Positions 39,793 to 53,773 of a stretch of 64,000 nucleotides of DNA are shown here, in pieces. Source of the DNA: Eledone cirrhosa. Its lineage: Eukaryota. The position numbers and the translations under genes are program-made. The stretch's first letter is position 1. Every line of letters starts with the position of its first letter. The stretch lies in NCBI GenBank assembly GCA_964016885.1, contig OZ024740.1, forward strand, positions 116,002,001-116,066,000. The letters run 5' to 3'. Under the pieces are notes generated by a model. The model was not told where the DNA came from. It searched no databases and saw only the letters and a list, made by a program, of their open reading frames with translations.

Positions 39793-40670
39793 GAGTTCTG
39801 GTCTCTTGCCACGAAATCTCTTTCTGGACTGCTTCAAAATCTCTACATAGTACTCTTTGTTGGCTTTCTGGCTGTGGGAAACCTAGTGGATGTAGATGAT
39901 GTCCTTGTTGTCGAAGAATGTGTACCTACTTTGCCTGGCCGTATCGGGTTTTGGGGAGTCAGAGTGTTTCCACTGGGCACTCTGTCACTCTGTCAAAGAC
40001 CTCTGGATCATAACGGTAGACCCAGCTCTCGTCCCAGGTTACCAGAGACTCAAGAATACTTGGATTCGAAGCGATCCACTTGACCCTCCCTCAACGCGTC
40101 TCTGCCTTCGATATTCATTGTGCACCCTTGCATAAACTTTGCACATTTTCAGTTCGTCATGAATGACTTTGTCCTCGGTGCTCTCAGCCACTTCAAATTG
40201 TTTAGCAATCGTCAGAAGAGATGCATGACATTCCTCGTCTAGAAATTTGCGAATTTCTCGACCAACTTTGGCATCCTGAATCCCCTCTCGTTGCTACACC
40301 TCTCGCCGTCTCACACCTGCTCCCGCCCTCTTAGAACCTCTTGTGCCAGCGGAAAACAGTCGCCCGGCTCATGAAAGTCAGTCCGTAAGCAGTATTGACC
40401 ATTTCATAGGTTTCAGCAACGTTTTTGCCAAGCTTGACACAAAACGTTATTGCATATAGAGCCTCAAATTTGTCCCTACGTCCCGATTGCCTTGTAGAAC
40501 GAGTCAGCTGTGTATGATGGGTAGTGTTTAAAGTGCTGTAGCGGCTCGAACCTTCAACCTCGAAAAGAAACATTTGGCATGTTAGCTTATTATAACCATA
40601 TCAATGATGTATTACAGTGACATAGGTCAGTTAAAGGTGCAGGAAAAAAATCTCAAAACTTCTTTAGTGT
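39793..40670 (-). mobile_element. Decayed mariner-like transposon (N-terminal HTH and first catalytic motif), truncated at the RTE junction
   Basis: YAITFCVKLGKNVAETYEMVNTAYG...SRATVFRWHKRF; LTIAKQFEVAESTEDKVIHDELKM; WDESWVYRYDPE; FFDNKDIIY..; ANKEYYVEILKQ. Confidence 0.85.
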
Positions 40671-40678
40671 ATATATAC

Positions 40679-40709
<31 letters not shown>

Positions 40710-40814
40710 CATACATATATATCTCCCCTTCTTCTAAGACTTTGTATTTTTGCATCCCTGTGTTTGTTTTATTTTATTTGTTCAACCACACACACACACA
40801 CACATATCTATATA

Positions 40815-41603
40815 TCTATATATATAAAGTTGTATTCCTGTCTGTTTGTTTGTTTGTTTGTTTGTTCACGAACTACTTTGGAGATAGACCCCCATAACCA
40901 TATATATTCTGAAACTACATTGCCCAGGGTACTTGGACAAGTATATTTCATTTTAATTAAAGGGTTCCCCGGGCACAAACCCCCGCTGAAAATATTTTCA
41001 CTTTGATTTATATGAAATTTAAACCATAGGGAAATGACAAGATATGATGCCTATTCACAAAATTTCAGCAAATTTCAATAATATTAAGAAATCCTAATGA
41101 GGGTTAAACCCCTTACTAGGGTTACCCGGAGGCACAAACCCCCGCTGAAAAAATTTTCCCTTCGATTTATATGAAATTTAAACCATAGGTAAATGACAAG
41201 ATATGATGTCACAAAAGTTTTGAATTGATATTTTGAAAAAAATGATTTACAAGAAACAAAATAAGAATAAGATTTAATAATGTAATTTTGATTTGATATA
41301 TTACAAAAAATAATTGTTTCTACTTTTGGCACAAGGCCAGCAATTATCCCAATTATCCTACTGGTACTTTATTTTATCGACCCCGTAAGGATGAAAGGCA
41401 AAGTTAACCTTGGCGGGATTTGAACTCAGTCCGTAAAGGGGCGTAACTGTGCTGCAAAGCATGGCGTCCGACCCTCTACCGATACATTGAGTAATATTTA
41501 AATGCAGAGTTTTTCTCTATAAATTATATCACATTAAAATTAATCATCATTTTCTTACAAAAAAAATGTGTAAAACGCAGCAAGGCGCGGGTAATTCGGC
41601 TAA
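40815..41603 (+). mobile_element. Non-autonomous Helitron-like element with a nested SINE (41310-41465)
   Basis: 5' TCTATATATATAAAG...(GTTT)n, an internal direct repeat, and a decayed 3' subterminal hairpin ...GCAAGGCGCGGGTAATTCGGCTA(A). Confidence 0.5.
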
Positions 41604-42798
41604 TATATATATATATACTTATATAAAGGAAGTTTGTCCGTTGATCGCTAATAACACTATATAAAATTGATAATGATTAAGGTTTTTCGTGTGTTTTCTG
41701 CTAATATGACCTCCGACATGCTCGCAATCGACTTTTTCTCAGAAAATGGAATTGGGAGGGGGGGGGGGGGGGTCGGATTTATCCAGCCTCGGAGATTTCT
41801 TTTGTGGGAATTATTTTTCTTTTCTATGTTTTTTCCTTTGTTTTCGAACGATCTGTTATTCGATTCGCCAACGACTCCTTTTTCCGAAAACGGTGGCAGA
41901 CAGTGAGGGGGACCCTGGAAGCTACAGATAAACACTTCTCAGCCATTTAAATCCATAGAAAAGCAACCACTGGGGATCGTGAAATATTTTGTTCTCCTAT
42001 TTTGTTTTCCATGCATTTATATATAGTACTGGGGTCGATTCTTCCTCTATATGTCTTTATCACTTCAAATCTCTCACTCACTATATCCTTCGCTGGACGA
42101 AATCTATTGTATTCAAACCTGGAGAGGACTGGGCTCCGCCAGCTTTAAAGATGCGCTAGAAACTCCGTATGTAAATACGGCATATCTATCACTCCTTCGG
42201 AAGTTACGGGACCATGCATGAATGCAGACAACAATATGTTTGCATCCGATGTGTAAGTCTTGGCACTTACTGGAATGTATAGCCATTCGCAAGTGTGATA
42301 GCTGTGATATCTTTTAAATGGCTTAGTTTGTTTGACAGATTATAATTTAGTGCGGGCAAATTTCAGAATTATTGTAAGAGAAATAAAACCACCAATTAGT
42401 TTCTATATCCGCAATATATACCATTTTGATGTGAAGAAAGATCTTCCGAACAGCGAAGAGATGACATGGGAAGAAATTCTAGACTAGATTTGCTAATGTG
42501 TTACTGAAAATTCATAGGGATTAATTTAGTGAAAATGATATCGATCTCCGAAGACACCCGCTAACAAAGCGCAATACCTCTGTATGTATATAGTATATAT
42601 GTGCACAGTCCCTTTATGGTCTGAGTTCAAATCTCACCGAGGTCAACTTTGCCTTTCATCCTTACGGGGTCGATAAAATAAAGTACCAGTAATTTACTGG
42701 GTAATTGCTGACCTTGTGCCAAAAGTAGAACAATTATATATGTATATATATATATATATGTATGTTTGTATGTATGTATGTATGTATGTATGTATGTA

Positions 42799-42882
<84 letters not shown>

Positions 42883-43006
42883 ATAGAGAGAGAGAGAAAG
42901 AGAGAGAGAAAGAGAAGGTGAGAAAGAGAAGACAAGGAAGCTTTCACCTTAAGTTTGTAAATTCGTATTGGTGTGGAATGAATATGTAAGCAATTTTTTC
43001 AAATAC

Positions 43007-43101
<95 letters not shown>

Positions 43102-43400
43102 ATGTAGTCTACCTTCCAATATCTTCATCATCAAATGAGGCAATCTGGAATATATATTTGTATGGTATGTCTATTCTTATATCTACCCTGTTTATATACT
43201 ACCAATACAAATTCTAACTTCATTGTTTCCGAAGAAGACGGTATGACCGAACCTATATATTATGTTTGATAGTATACAGTTCTGTAACTGGTATAGATCA
43301 ATCAATATATCGATATGACCAACCCTCCGAAATGATCGTAAAATAATCAAATGAATATATAAAATAACTTGCCTTCGTTATTATCATTGTTAAACTAATA

Positions 43401-43449
<49 letters not shown>

Positions 43450-43450
<1 letters not shown>

Positions 43451-44356
43451 TAGCAGTGGTACCCGGCGTTGCACGGGATAAGGTATTTTGGAACGCGGGC
43501 CGCCAACAGACCTAATCGTGGAAAAACTGCATGCTTGGACAATATGTCAAGAAAATAAACCGAATACTCTGATGGCTGGATAATCTAAGATTTTCCTCGA
43601 TGACGCAGGAAAAAGGCAGGTTTTCATCTAATGCGGGCCCTAGGGGATCAATAAAATTAATTTTTTTTTGTGTGCATAATATACCTTGAAATTTTGGGAA
43701 AATCGGCTAGATGTAACGCCTCAAAGAAGCCCTAAAAAGCTTTTAAAATGAAGTTTTTCACCTAATACGGGCGCTTGGCCATAAAAAAGTTGGATTTTCT
43801 TTGCTCACGGTATGAAGAAGAGACTGACTAATACATAGTTATAATTTTAAGGAAATCGGTCTGACGTAACGCCTCAAAAAACCGCTAAAAGCCTGAAAAA
43901 ACGCAGTTTTTCACCTAATGCGGGCCCTAGGGGATCAAAAAGTTGAATTTTTTATGTGGATAACACTACCTGAACATAAGTAATACACATATAAAGTTTG
44001 AAAAAAGTCGGTTGGGTACTTCTCGAGTTTTAGGGATTCAAACTCACAGACACACACACACAGGCAGACATCCTCAGGGAAGTGACGTAATGCAGACAGC
44101 CAGACATACAGACAGATATTATAAGGGCGCAACGTTATATGTATGTATCTATCTAAAAAGAGAAAAACTAAGAATTATAGCGAGAGATCACTAAATCGCC
44201 TAATGCGGTCTCTAGCGCATTGAAAATTTGAAATTCTTTTTGCTCAGAACACTCCCTGAAACATAAGTATTACATGTGTAAAGTTTGAAAACAGTCGGTT
44301 GGGTGGTTCTCGAGTTTTAGGGATTCAAACTCACACACACAGACAGACATCCTCAG

Positions 44357-44387
<31 letters not shown>
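43450..44387 (-). mobile_element. Non-autonomous Helitron-like element
   Basis: On the minus strand, the 5' end is TC(TA)n AAACTGAGGATGTCTGTCTGT and the 3' hairpin CCCGTGCAACGCCGGG (43462-43477) precedes a terminal CTAG. There are internal subrepeats (CTAATGCGGGCCCTAGGGGATCAA). Confidence 0.65.
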
Positions 44388-44432
44388 TATATGTGTGTGT
44401 GTGTATGTGTGTGTGCGTGTGTGAGTGTATGT

Positions 44433-44472
<40 letters not shown>

Positions 44473-45748
44473 TGTGTATTTAAGGTTCTTTGTTTACCCG
44501 TCATAACGAGACACTAGCGGATCTAAGAAGTGTATATCTGTGTCCGAGGTGTTGTCTCCTGTTTGACACTCTCTATATCACATTAAATACATTATATACA
44601 TTATATACGTTATATATAGTATATATATCACCCACCGCACTGTGACATGTGTTGTTTATATACACCATCGCTATTGTAAATTCGGATCATTTGTTGTATT
44701 TCAAAAAAACTATTTTCCATACTTTTTTTTTGTGGACATAAGCAAAATAACTGCTGACATCAATCATACAATGAAAGGTTTAAGTGAAGATCGTTTTGTA
44801 CTTAGTAAGTTTCTGTAACTAATAAAGTTTCTATTTTGGTTGTTTTTTAGCAACAATATTTCGCCTTTGTTGTGTGATGTGTCTGTCACATTGTTAAAAA
44901 TTGTACATATTTTCGCTATGACACAATTCTATTTGGGCGTAAACTCTGTTTTTGTGTGACGGTATATTCTTTCATTTGCCAATAGCTTTCGTCTGTTTAC
45001 TGGTGTGTAACGATGATTTCAAGGTGTAAAACTGAAAGGCAACCTTATGGAGCTGAAAGTTGAGAGGCGAAGCTTAATTCTTTTTTCTTTTTCTAGTTTC
45101 TTTGTTTCTATTGAAGCTTTAATCTCAGCTTTCCGAGCTGCTCTGGGAAAATACATTTTAGTATTCGTATCACACTACTATAAGGTAAAAAGGTAAAAGG
45201 TCCTTAGTTTCTTTATGTAGTCATGGGGGTTCCGTTCCGATACATAGCATACATTGGGCATTTTAAACCTTATTATAAAATAATTGGGTACTCAATATAT
45301 CAACTAGATATAGGGACTTTTCCAGTACTAATTCTGTTTCTTAATTGAAAGAATCAGAACAATTCATGTAAGAGTAGCCTTCATTAGATTAATATAAGTA
45401 TGCGCGCACGCGCACACACACACACAAACACACACACACACACACACAAACACACATATACATATGTGTGTATTGGAAAATGTGTGAGAACCTTGGTACA
45501 GTTAGGTATATTTGAAAGAAGAAAAGAATGATTTCAATTGTAGTTGGTATTCTATAACAATTTAATTTTATAATTTTGCTATGTAGATATTTAATAAGTT
45601 CTTTGTTAACTTCGGTGGAAAGTATTTTTAAAAATCCTGCTTAACTTTCTGGAGAACTTACTCGCATTCGTCGGTGATATGATAGGGCAACGTCTTCAAA
45701 ATGTTTTTAATTAAACATACGGTATATTGCCAAATATACTATACATAC

Positions 45749-45805
<57 letters not shown>

Positions 45806-45807
<2 letters not shown>

Positions 45808-46161
45808 TTATTCCGGGTTGAATCGGAGGTAACCACAGTAAGTAAGGTACTCAATACATAGCAGAGTATAAAAGTTTTAATACAGAAGAGCTTCTACAGG
45901 ACTAGAACTGTTTCATTCGTGAGAAATCATCAGGAAGCTGGCTGTCCAAGTAAATGGTAGTATTTATGTCTTTCCTTATCTGGTGGTAGGAGAGGGTGGG
46001 GATTGGGATGAGTGTAGGTCATACACCCATCCCAATCCCCACCCTCTCCTACCACCAGATAAGGAAAGACATAAATACTACCATTTACTTGGACAGCCAG
46101 CTTCCTGATGATTTCTCACGAATGAAACCGTTCTAGTCCTGTAGAAGCTCTTCTATATTAA
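45806..46161. mobile_element. Penelope-type fold-back insertion (family B): ~70-bp tail + ~140-bp inverted arms
   Basis: 45877-46016 is the reverse complement of 46022-46161. The tail has GTACTCAATAC at 45847-45857; (TA)n flanks. Confidence 0.88.
45891..45937 (-). ncRNA. Canonical type I hammerhead ribozyme (second copy on + strand at 46101-46147 with one stem III mismatch)
   Basis: Minus strand: CTTC-CTGATGA-TTTC(TCAC)GAAT-GAA-ACAG(TTCTAGTC)CTGT-A-GAAG. Stem I CTTC/GAAG, GUA cleavage triplet. Confidence 0.8.
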
Positions 46162-46402
46162 TATATATAACGAAGGAAATGTGGTAAGGAACCAGATGGA
46201 CCATAACGCACCAAAGTACTCAATACTTAGGGTAGTAGAATGGGTAATAGGAACGAGTAGGACCCCGACGGCTGAGCTCAAGCCGTTTCGACGGCTAATT
46301 CTGGACTAAATGAAAATTTTTATCCTGGTACATGAATAGCCGAGCTTCTCAGGGGGTAATTCCATATATGATAAAAGTGATTGTCACAAGGATTGGTCAA
46401 AA

Positions 46403-47945
46403 TCAGGCTTATAAACCCAACGAAGTCCGACATAGGGAAAATCAGTAAAAAAATCCTAGACCGCGTTATACCAAAAGTTAAGCATAACGCCAGACTTAGC
46501 CTATGGGTCAACACCCAGGAAGTAATCTCATTGTTCAGCAATATGGAGGACAAACGAGACACAAAATTCATGCTTCAATTACCTTACCGCTCCTTACGGC
46601 TGCCTTGGACTTTGCCGAGACACTTGCGTCCATCACCGACCAGGAAAGAAATATCATCCTCCACGCCAGGAAGGCAGTCCTACTTTTCGACAACTCCAAA
46701 TGGATAAAGAGAGCTCCCGACTCACCCTTCGACGTCAGTATGGGCGCGACGGATTCGGCTGAGGTCACAGATCTTATAGGATTATTCCTACTAGTTAAAC
46801 TCACCGATATGTTTCCTGCATTCGGCGGTGGATTGTACCGTGATGATGGGCTCCTTACCCTTAAAGGGTACAACCCCAGTAGTTCAGACCGGGTCCGTAA
46901 ACAATTAATCAGCTTCTTCCGCGACTGGGGATTTAAAATAACCCTACAAACGTCCCTAACCCGAGTAAACTTCCTGGACGTTACCCTTGACCTCAATAAT
47001 GACCTGTACTACCCATACAGGAAACCCAACGACAACCTGCACTACAACCACCGCCGGTCAAACTATCCTAGAAACATCACCAATAACCTGGTTAAAAACA
47101 TCTCCCTCCGCATATCTCGTTTGTCCGCTAATGAGCAGATATTCGAGGAACATGCGCCTTATTACAACCAGGCCCTCAAGCGGAGTGGCTTCAAGGAGGA
47201 AATATCCTACTGTCCAGCTTCCATTAGCAGAACCAGCAGGCGACACCGCCGCTCACGCAACGTAACATGGTTCAATCCTCTCCACAGCGCTGAGGTGACA
47301 ACACCTATCTGGAAAATCTTCTTTAGGCTCATCGAAAAACACTTCCCACTACAACACTGCTACCACAACATAATCAACAAAAATACCATCAAACTCTCCT
47401 ACAGCACCACACCTAACTTTGCACAAAACATCGTCTCCTCTAACAGCAAAAAACTCAACCCCTATGGAAGAAATAACCTAAATAGCAGGAGGTGCAACTG
47501 TCTTGATGGATCCATTTTCCCCCTCGACAACAGATGCAGAGATCGTAATGTGATCTACCAGTGCAACGTGAGGACGGACACCTCCAACAAAGCTTATATA
47601 GGATTAACCGCTTGTGACTTCAAGACCCGGCTATACCAACACAGACATACTTTCCGAAACCCGGCCCGGCGTCACGCCACCACACTTTCGGGCCACATCT
47701 GGGACCTCAAAGATAACGATATAACCTATGATCTCACTTGGAGCTTACTGTCCAGAGCCAACTCTTACACAGGAGGACGCCGTCCGTGTAATTTATGCTC
47801 GGAGGAAACATTACAAATGCTGTTTTCGACGGACCAACTCCTAAACAAGAAAGACGAATTGGTAACTGCATGCAAACACAGATTGCGTAGGACTAACCTC
47901 GCCCTCAAACCCCATAATGACCCGGGGTGGGGGCGTGGGGGGTAG
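46403..47945 (+). pseudogene. Penelope-like RT + GIY-YIG endonuclease ORF (5'-truncated, frameshift/deletion near 46570)
   Basis: RLINPTKSDIGKISK, FDVSMGATDSAE, GLYRDDGL, VNFLDVTLDL, YPYRKPN, WFNP, CNC...PL...C linker, VIYQ...YIGLT..FKTR..QH and CNLCSEE...LLNK. Confidence 0.9.
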
Positions 47946-48946
47946 ACAAGGGCTGTAACACCCCATTTGCCGACTTTGTAATGGGTAACCCCTGCTTGCA
48001 AAGGTAGACGTAAGATTTTCTTATATATTTCTTATCGTTTCCTCTATATTTCCTTCTTCCCCCATCCCTTCCTAGTCCTTCCACCCCAGTTCTCCTTCTT
48101 TGTCGTCGTCCTTTTCACTTTCTCGCCCCTTTGTAGCCTCAGTACCCCCACCCCATCCCCTATTCTATGATAGAATGGTGTGCTTTCTAGATTTCTTAGT
48201 GGTATCTCTGCTTTAGTTTCTCGTATATCAGTATTTATTTTTTTTTTTGGGGGGGGGGGATTCTGAATTAATTTTTCGTATCAAATTTTTCATATATATC
48301 GTACGAGCATTTATGTAGTTTGTATTAGAATTTATGTATCGTAGCGGCACCCTTATATATCGTAATAGTATTCATTTTCGGGATTCTGAATTATTATTTC
48401 GTACTAGTTTCGGGACTCTGAATTATTATTCCGTAGTAGTTTCTTTAGTATTTTGGCCCCCTACATGTTGACCTGTCACTGTAAGATAGATTTGGACGAT
48501 TACTACGAATTCATAAAATTCTTTCACTACAATCTCGTATTTAGTATTCCGTCCCACCTATTAAACTTTTCTATAGTTTGGCAGTACCAGTGAGAGACTT
48601 GATGATTGTGGTAAGGGAATAGTAACCAGAAATTGTGTTTTTTTAAAAATATTTTTAACATTCTTAGTATTCTTCTATATATTTACTCCATATTGATTTA
48701 CTTATTGTTTCGACTTCCTCCCCCTCCCCCTCCCTAGTATACTTTCTTGACCTCTTATCCTTAGGATTCTGCTGTAGTTGGCACTATCAACGCACGACTG
48801 GGTTTCCTCCACTCCCTCTCCCTCTTTCTTCTACTGGCAAGTTCAGCTACCCCTTCCTTCCACAAAATGCCATGATAGAATTATGTGTCTCAACAACAAA
48901 CTTTTGACCAATCCTTGTGACAATGACTTTTACCATATATGGAATT

Positions 48947-49042
48947 ACCCCCTGAGAAGCTCGGCTATTCATGTACTAGGATAAAAATGTTCATTTAGTC
49001 CAGAATTAGCCGTCGAAACGGCTTGAGCTCAGCCGTCGGGGT
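48947..49042 (+). ncRNA. Type I hammerhead ribozyme with variant core and extended stem II (inverted copy at about 46262-46357)
   Basis: ACCCC-CTGAGA(A)-...CGGCTA...TAGCCG..-GAA-ACGGCT(TGAGCTC)AGCCGT-C-GGGGT; stem I ACCCC/GGGGT; GUC triplet at 49035-49037. Confidence 0.72.
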
Positions 49043-49052
49043 CCTACTCGTT

Positions 49053-49084
<32 letters not shown>

Positions 49085-49107
<23 letters not shown>

Positions 49108-50744
49108 TCGTTGACAAGTATATCAATGTGTACAGACACTCAGATATATTGCCCTTGGTATGACAGTGTAGTTTTAGCTCAATGTAGGAAGACAAGTATA
49201 CTACAGAGCCGTTATAAGTTTAGGAATAACCAAAGAGAGCTTAGAAATACATTGTTTTATTAGCCAACAGTGTTTCATCCATACCCTATGGCAGGAATCA
49301 CCAGAGCCTATAAACAAGAGTATATCAAAAGTTTCAGGCTCCATCAAGCTCAGTCACCAGAACAAGGTTAAAGGACCAGTAGGGGTCCCAAGGCCAACGC
49401 TATATAGAAAAAGACGCAATACATGACGCACATGTCATAAAATGTCATAAAAAGTTACATAAACATTTACATAAAATATTTTTTCACATAAATGGTGCAA
49501 TAGATGATAAGGAGGTTGGGAGAGGATAGCAAGAAATGAGTGAGGGTGTTACTCAGCATAATCAAAAACAACAAAAAAAACAAAAAAACAAAGAAACAAA
49601 AAACTAAACAAAGCAAAGCAAATAGAGGATGTACAGGCAGATTAAGAGAGCTTGCAAGCATGAGTCAGTGAGAAGAATGGTTGGTCAGCGGTGGTTCAGC
49701 GGATGGTGTACTCCAGTTATATCGCCTTGTAACAGGCCGAGTCTCCATATCAAATGTATCTAGAAACGTTTTCTGTCTATGTGACGGAATAGCCATCTTT
49801 ATTTACATTTACTGTGGTATAATTGCATACGGTATGACAATTTGGTTCGATGCCGACTCGGTCATACAGTGAATTTCACTTGGGACGTAGGGTTGAGTGA
49901 CCGAACGTGAGGACTTTGGGAGATAGCAGTTATTGCGGACCTGTCTTATTTTCAATTTTCTCACTGGTGTGCCGGCTCTACATGTACCCTACTTTTCTTC
50001 AACTCATCGTACTTTACTTTATTTTAGATTTAAGGCGTTTATCGCAGACTGCCTATGCGGATAAATCCCCTGGGTATATGTTTTGGAAACATAGTACTAT
50101 ATCGCCTAACGCTTGGAACTGAAACCAATGGATGTTGTTCGTAGGGTGCTGATATGATATGGAGACTCGACCTGTTACAAGGAGATATAACTGGAGTACA
50201 CCATCCTTCCTATAGACAATCCTACATGTAAAGCTGCACCACCGCTGACCAACAATTCATCTCATGGATTCATGCTTGCAAGCTCTCTTAATCTGCCTGT
50301 ACATCCTCTATTTGCACTGCTTGTGAATTGGTGTATCTTTGCTTTGCTTTGTTTTGTTTTTTGTTTCTTTGTTTTTTGGTTTTTTTTTTGTTGTTGATCA
50401 TGCTGAGTAACACCCTCACTCATTTCTTGCTATCCTCTCCCAATCTCCTTATCATCTATTGCACCGTTTATGTGAAAAAATATTTTATGTAAATTTTTTA
50501 TGTAACTTTTTATGACATTTTATGACATTATGTGCGTCATGTATTGCGCCTTTTTCTATATCGCTGGCCTTGGGACCCCCCTACTGGTCCTTTAACCTTG
50601 TTCTGGTGACTGAGCTTGATGGAGCCTGGAACTTTTGATATAGTCTTATTTATAGGCTCTGATGATTCCTGTCATTGGGTATGGATGAAACACTGTTAGC
50701 TAATAAAACAATGTATTTCTAAGCACTCTTTGGTTATTTCTAAA

Positions 50745-50750
<6 letters not shown>
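49085..50750. mobile_element. Large Penelope-type fold-back element (family E): ~130-bp tail, ~540-600-bp inverted arms, ~400-bp spacer
   Basis: 49213-49752 is the reverse complement of 50155-50750 (with small indels). Hammerhead GGCT-CTGATGA...GAA-ACACTGT-T-AGC at 50655-50700, then AATAAA; (TA)n flanks. Confidence 0.85.
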
Positions 50751-50778
<28 letters not shown>

Positions 50779-53555
50779 GTGTGTGCAGGGGCAACGACTG
50801 TGTATTTAGTACCTTAGGCTAACTCCATAATGTCTACTTCCTTCTAAAAGTTTCAATTTACAGTTTGGTAAGCTGACGAACATAGTTTTTGTTTTATACT
50901 CTTCACTACTCTTTCACACACAGTCCACATTCACTTACGTCAAATCACGTGACAGTTCATAATACCATATGACCCCCTCCACCTCTTCAGATATTTCCAC
51001 AACGTTGTTACGTAGCAAAGATGTTTAGTGATTTATTTATCGCTCACGGGAAATTCTTATACATTTAATTTAATTATGCAAATTCATACAAAACTGTGAT
51101 CCTTTAAGGTTCAGTAATGCGTATTTCTGAGATTTGTAGCCTATGCAGCTACCTGGTTGACTTTAGTGGGAGCGCCGCTCCTCATTGGGGGATATTATAA
51201 AGTAAAAAGCAATGGGTGGATACTGGGCATGAACTGGAAGAAAGAGTAATGGTAATCATTGACTGAAAGTTCAGAGAGAATAGTGTCATCACTAAATCTG
51301 TGTCACAGACACGCCCAGCTAGTCTCACCGACTTTCCCGCGAAGTGAATACTTATGGAATTGATATGGAAATAGTGCCTATCAAGGACGGTGTAAGTTTG
51401 CATGGGGCGCCTGACTGAAAAATTTCATCGGGCCCTTGTGTGAAACTATTATATTATTTATGGCAGCAAAATAAATAAATAAATAAATAAATTGGAGCCC
51501 TTTGAATAGTGTGGTTTCTGGTCACAGCTTACTCAGCACACTTCGCTGATGATCATGGTTCATAAGGGAGTCTTTTCCTGGTCGCATGTCATGCTAGAAA
51601 TACCAGGCAAATATTTTTATCAAACCCTGCTGTCTTAAAGGAGGAGGGACACAAAGATCAATGTGATCTTAGATACAATGTGCCAGAAAACAAGACAAAA
51701 TCGTCAATTTCTGGAACAATTTTCATTAAAGGTTTTTTTCGGCTATGATTGAACTAGAGCCATTACGGGTGTAAACGGCGTACATATTCAGTAAATATTC
51801 TATTTTGTAGAAGGGAACTTTCGAAATTAAAAGCAGCTGAGTGAAGACACATGGCTTAGTGATTAGGGTTTAGATTACGATCGTAAGGTCGTAAGGTGGT
51901 GCGTTGTGTCCTTAAGCAAGACGCATTATTTCACGTTAGTCCAATTCATTCTGTTAGTAAAGATGAGTTGTATCAACAATTCATAAGCCTAGCCTTGTCC
52001 CACTCTGTATCACTGAATCTTCCCAAAAACTGATTTATGGGTACACATGTCTGGGAAATGGTCAGAAACTTATACTTTAATTTCACAAGCAGGTTGGTTC
52101 TTTGATCGAACAACTGGAACAGTCGTCGTCAGAACAGAGATCCAACAACAATAATATAATACCACATTCTCCAATACTTTCAAAATTGACTAAGTGCGTC
52201 TGTAACGCAGTTCTCAGGAAGATTCAGCTGACAAGGTTGACCCTTTGAATTATATGCACAACTAATTTTTGCCAGCTAAGTGGACTGGGGCAACGTAAAA
52301 TAAAGTTTCTTGCTTAAGGACACAGCACACAGCTGGGGATTGAACTCATGATCATGAGCCAAATACCTTAGTTACATAAAATAACTTCCACAAACACAAT
52401 GAGGTTTTCTACATAAGCTGTTACTTTCATGAGCCGAACACGTTAACCATTAAGCCACGTGCCTTTATTTGTCAACTGATGGACCATGACATGGCACATA
52501 CTTTCTCTGTACTAATGATGACATTTCAACATTCCTCTAGTAATTTCATTCAGCAAATATATCAACAACCATTCTTGTTAAACATTCCAACTAAAGTATT
52601 TAATATCGTAACAATTTACTGGCAAAATTGTTTCAGTCTATTTATTTATTTATTAGGATATACATTACCATGAAACATATCGTATTTGCGTAAGTGAATT
52701 CCACTCAAGACACCGGATAGAGCTCATAGAGGTTTAACAATGACTGACATCTTCAGGCTAGAAATATAAGCAGTGAACTTATACTGGACATCCAATGAGA
52801 TTGATGCAAATTCTGGAAAGAAAGTTAACACGCGTTTAATAATTAATTTAACTTACAATCTAAAATATCATTTAAAGTGGTGGATGGTGTCAGAATTTGA
52901 AGCGAGGGAGAAAATGGAAGTGATATTTATACCACTTAGCTAATAATATTTCCACTAGCGGTCTTTCTAAAGTGCAAACAACTCTTCGCAAAAATATACC
53001 ATTTCGCTTGAGAAGTAGGTACTTCCTAACTATTAACAGCAAAAAAGATTGTACATGGAGGGAGATGGATATAGCTGCTGCTGCCTTTAGCCCTAAGTCA
53101 GCCTAACTGAACAATTCTATTACTTCTTTTTTATTTTATTTTTCAAGTGCAATATATATACAGCGTTATGAAGGCGCGTGAGTTAATGATTAGGGTGTTC
53201 GTCTCACGATCGTAAGTTCATAAGTTTGATTCCCGGGCGCCATGTTGTATCCCTGGGAATGGCACTTTATTTCTTGTTGCTTCTCAGCTGAAATAAATGA
53301 GTTTTACCTGAAATTCAAAGGGTCAACCACGACATACTGTGTCACATGGAATCTTCTTCTGAATTATGTTAAGGCTACACGTGTGAGTAGATGTTTTGCC
53401 ACTTACACGTTAATTTCTTGACGGAGATCCAACAACAACAATACATAGAACTACATGTATCCTTTCTTTTTAAATACAGTACCATGTGATTTCAAAGTGA
53501 TTTAGCTGCCACTTCTAGCATATTGAACAACCAGATAGAATACTCTTTCAGTGAA

Positions 53556-53773
53556 TAATTGTTTCTACTTTGGGTACAAAGTCAACAATTTGGCGGGAGG
53601 GAAAATCGATTAAATTGATCCAGTGCATTACTGGTACCTTATTTTATCGACCGCGTAAGGATGAAAGCCAAAGCTAACCTCGGTGGGATTTGAACTCAGA
53701 ACGTAAAGCGTAGTAACAATATGCTACAAAGCATTTTGTCCGACGCTCTACTGGTTCTGCCAATCCATCACCC
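53556..53773 (-). mobile_element. tRNA-derived SINE (Nin/Deu-like family)
   Basis: Same motifs as the 13035 copy, in reverse. Further copies at about 8175-8360, 38298-38445 and 42605-42735. Confidence 0.8.

Larger units (their letters stand above)
46169..49057 (+). mobile_element. Penelope-like element, Naiad-type (family A), with inverted 5' pseudo-LTR + tail
   Basis: 46247-46402 is the reverse complement of 48902-49057, and the 78-nt tail (46169-46246) is present only in the inverted copy. Contains a 5'-truncated RT/GIY-YIG ORF; (TA)n on both flanks. Confidence 0.92.

Noticed and set aside
43222-43262. Hammerhead-like CCGAAGA...CGAAC
   Set aside because: Both core halves are mutated and the stems are not convincing.
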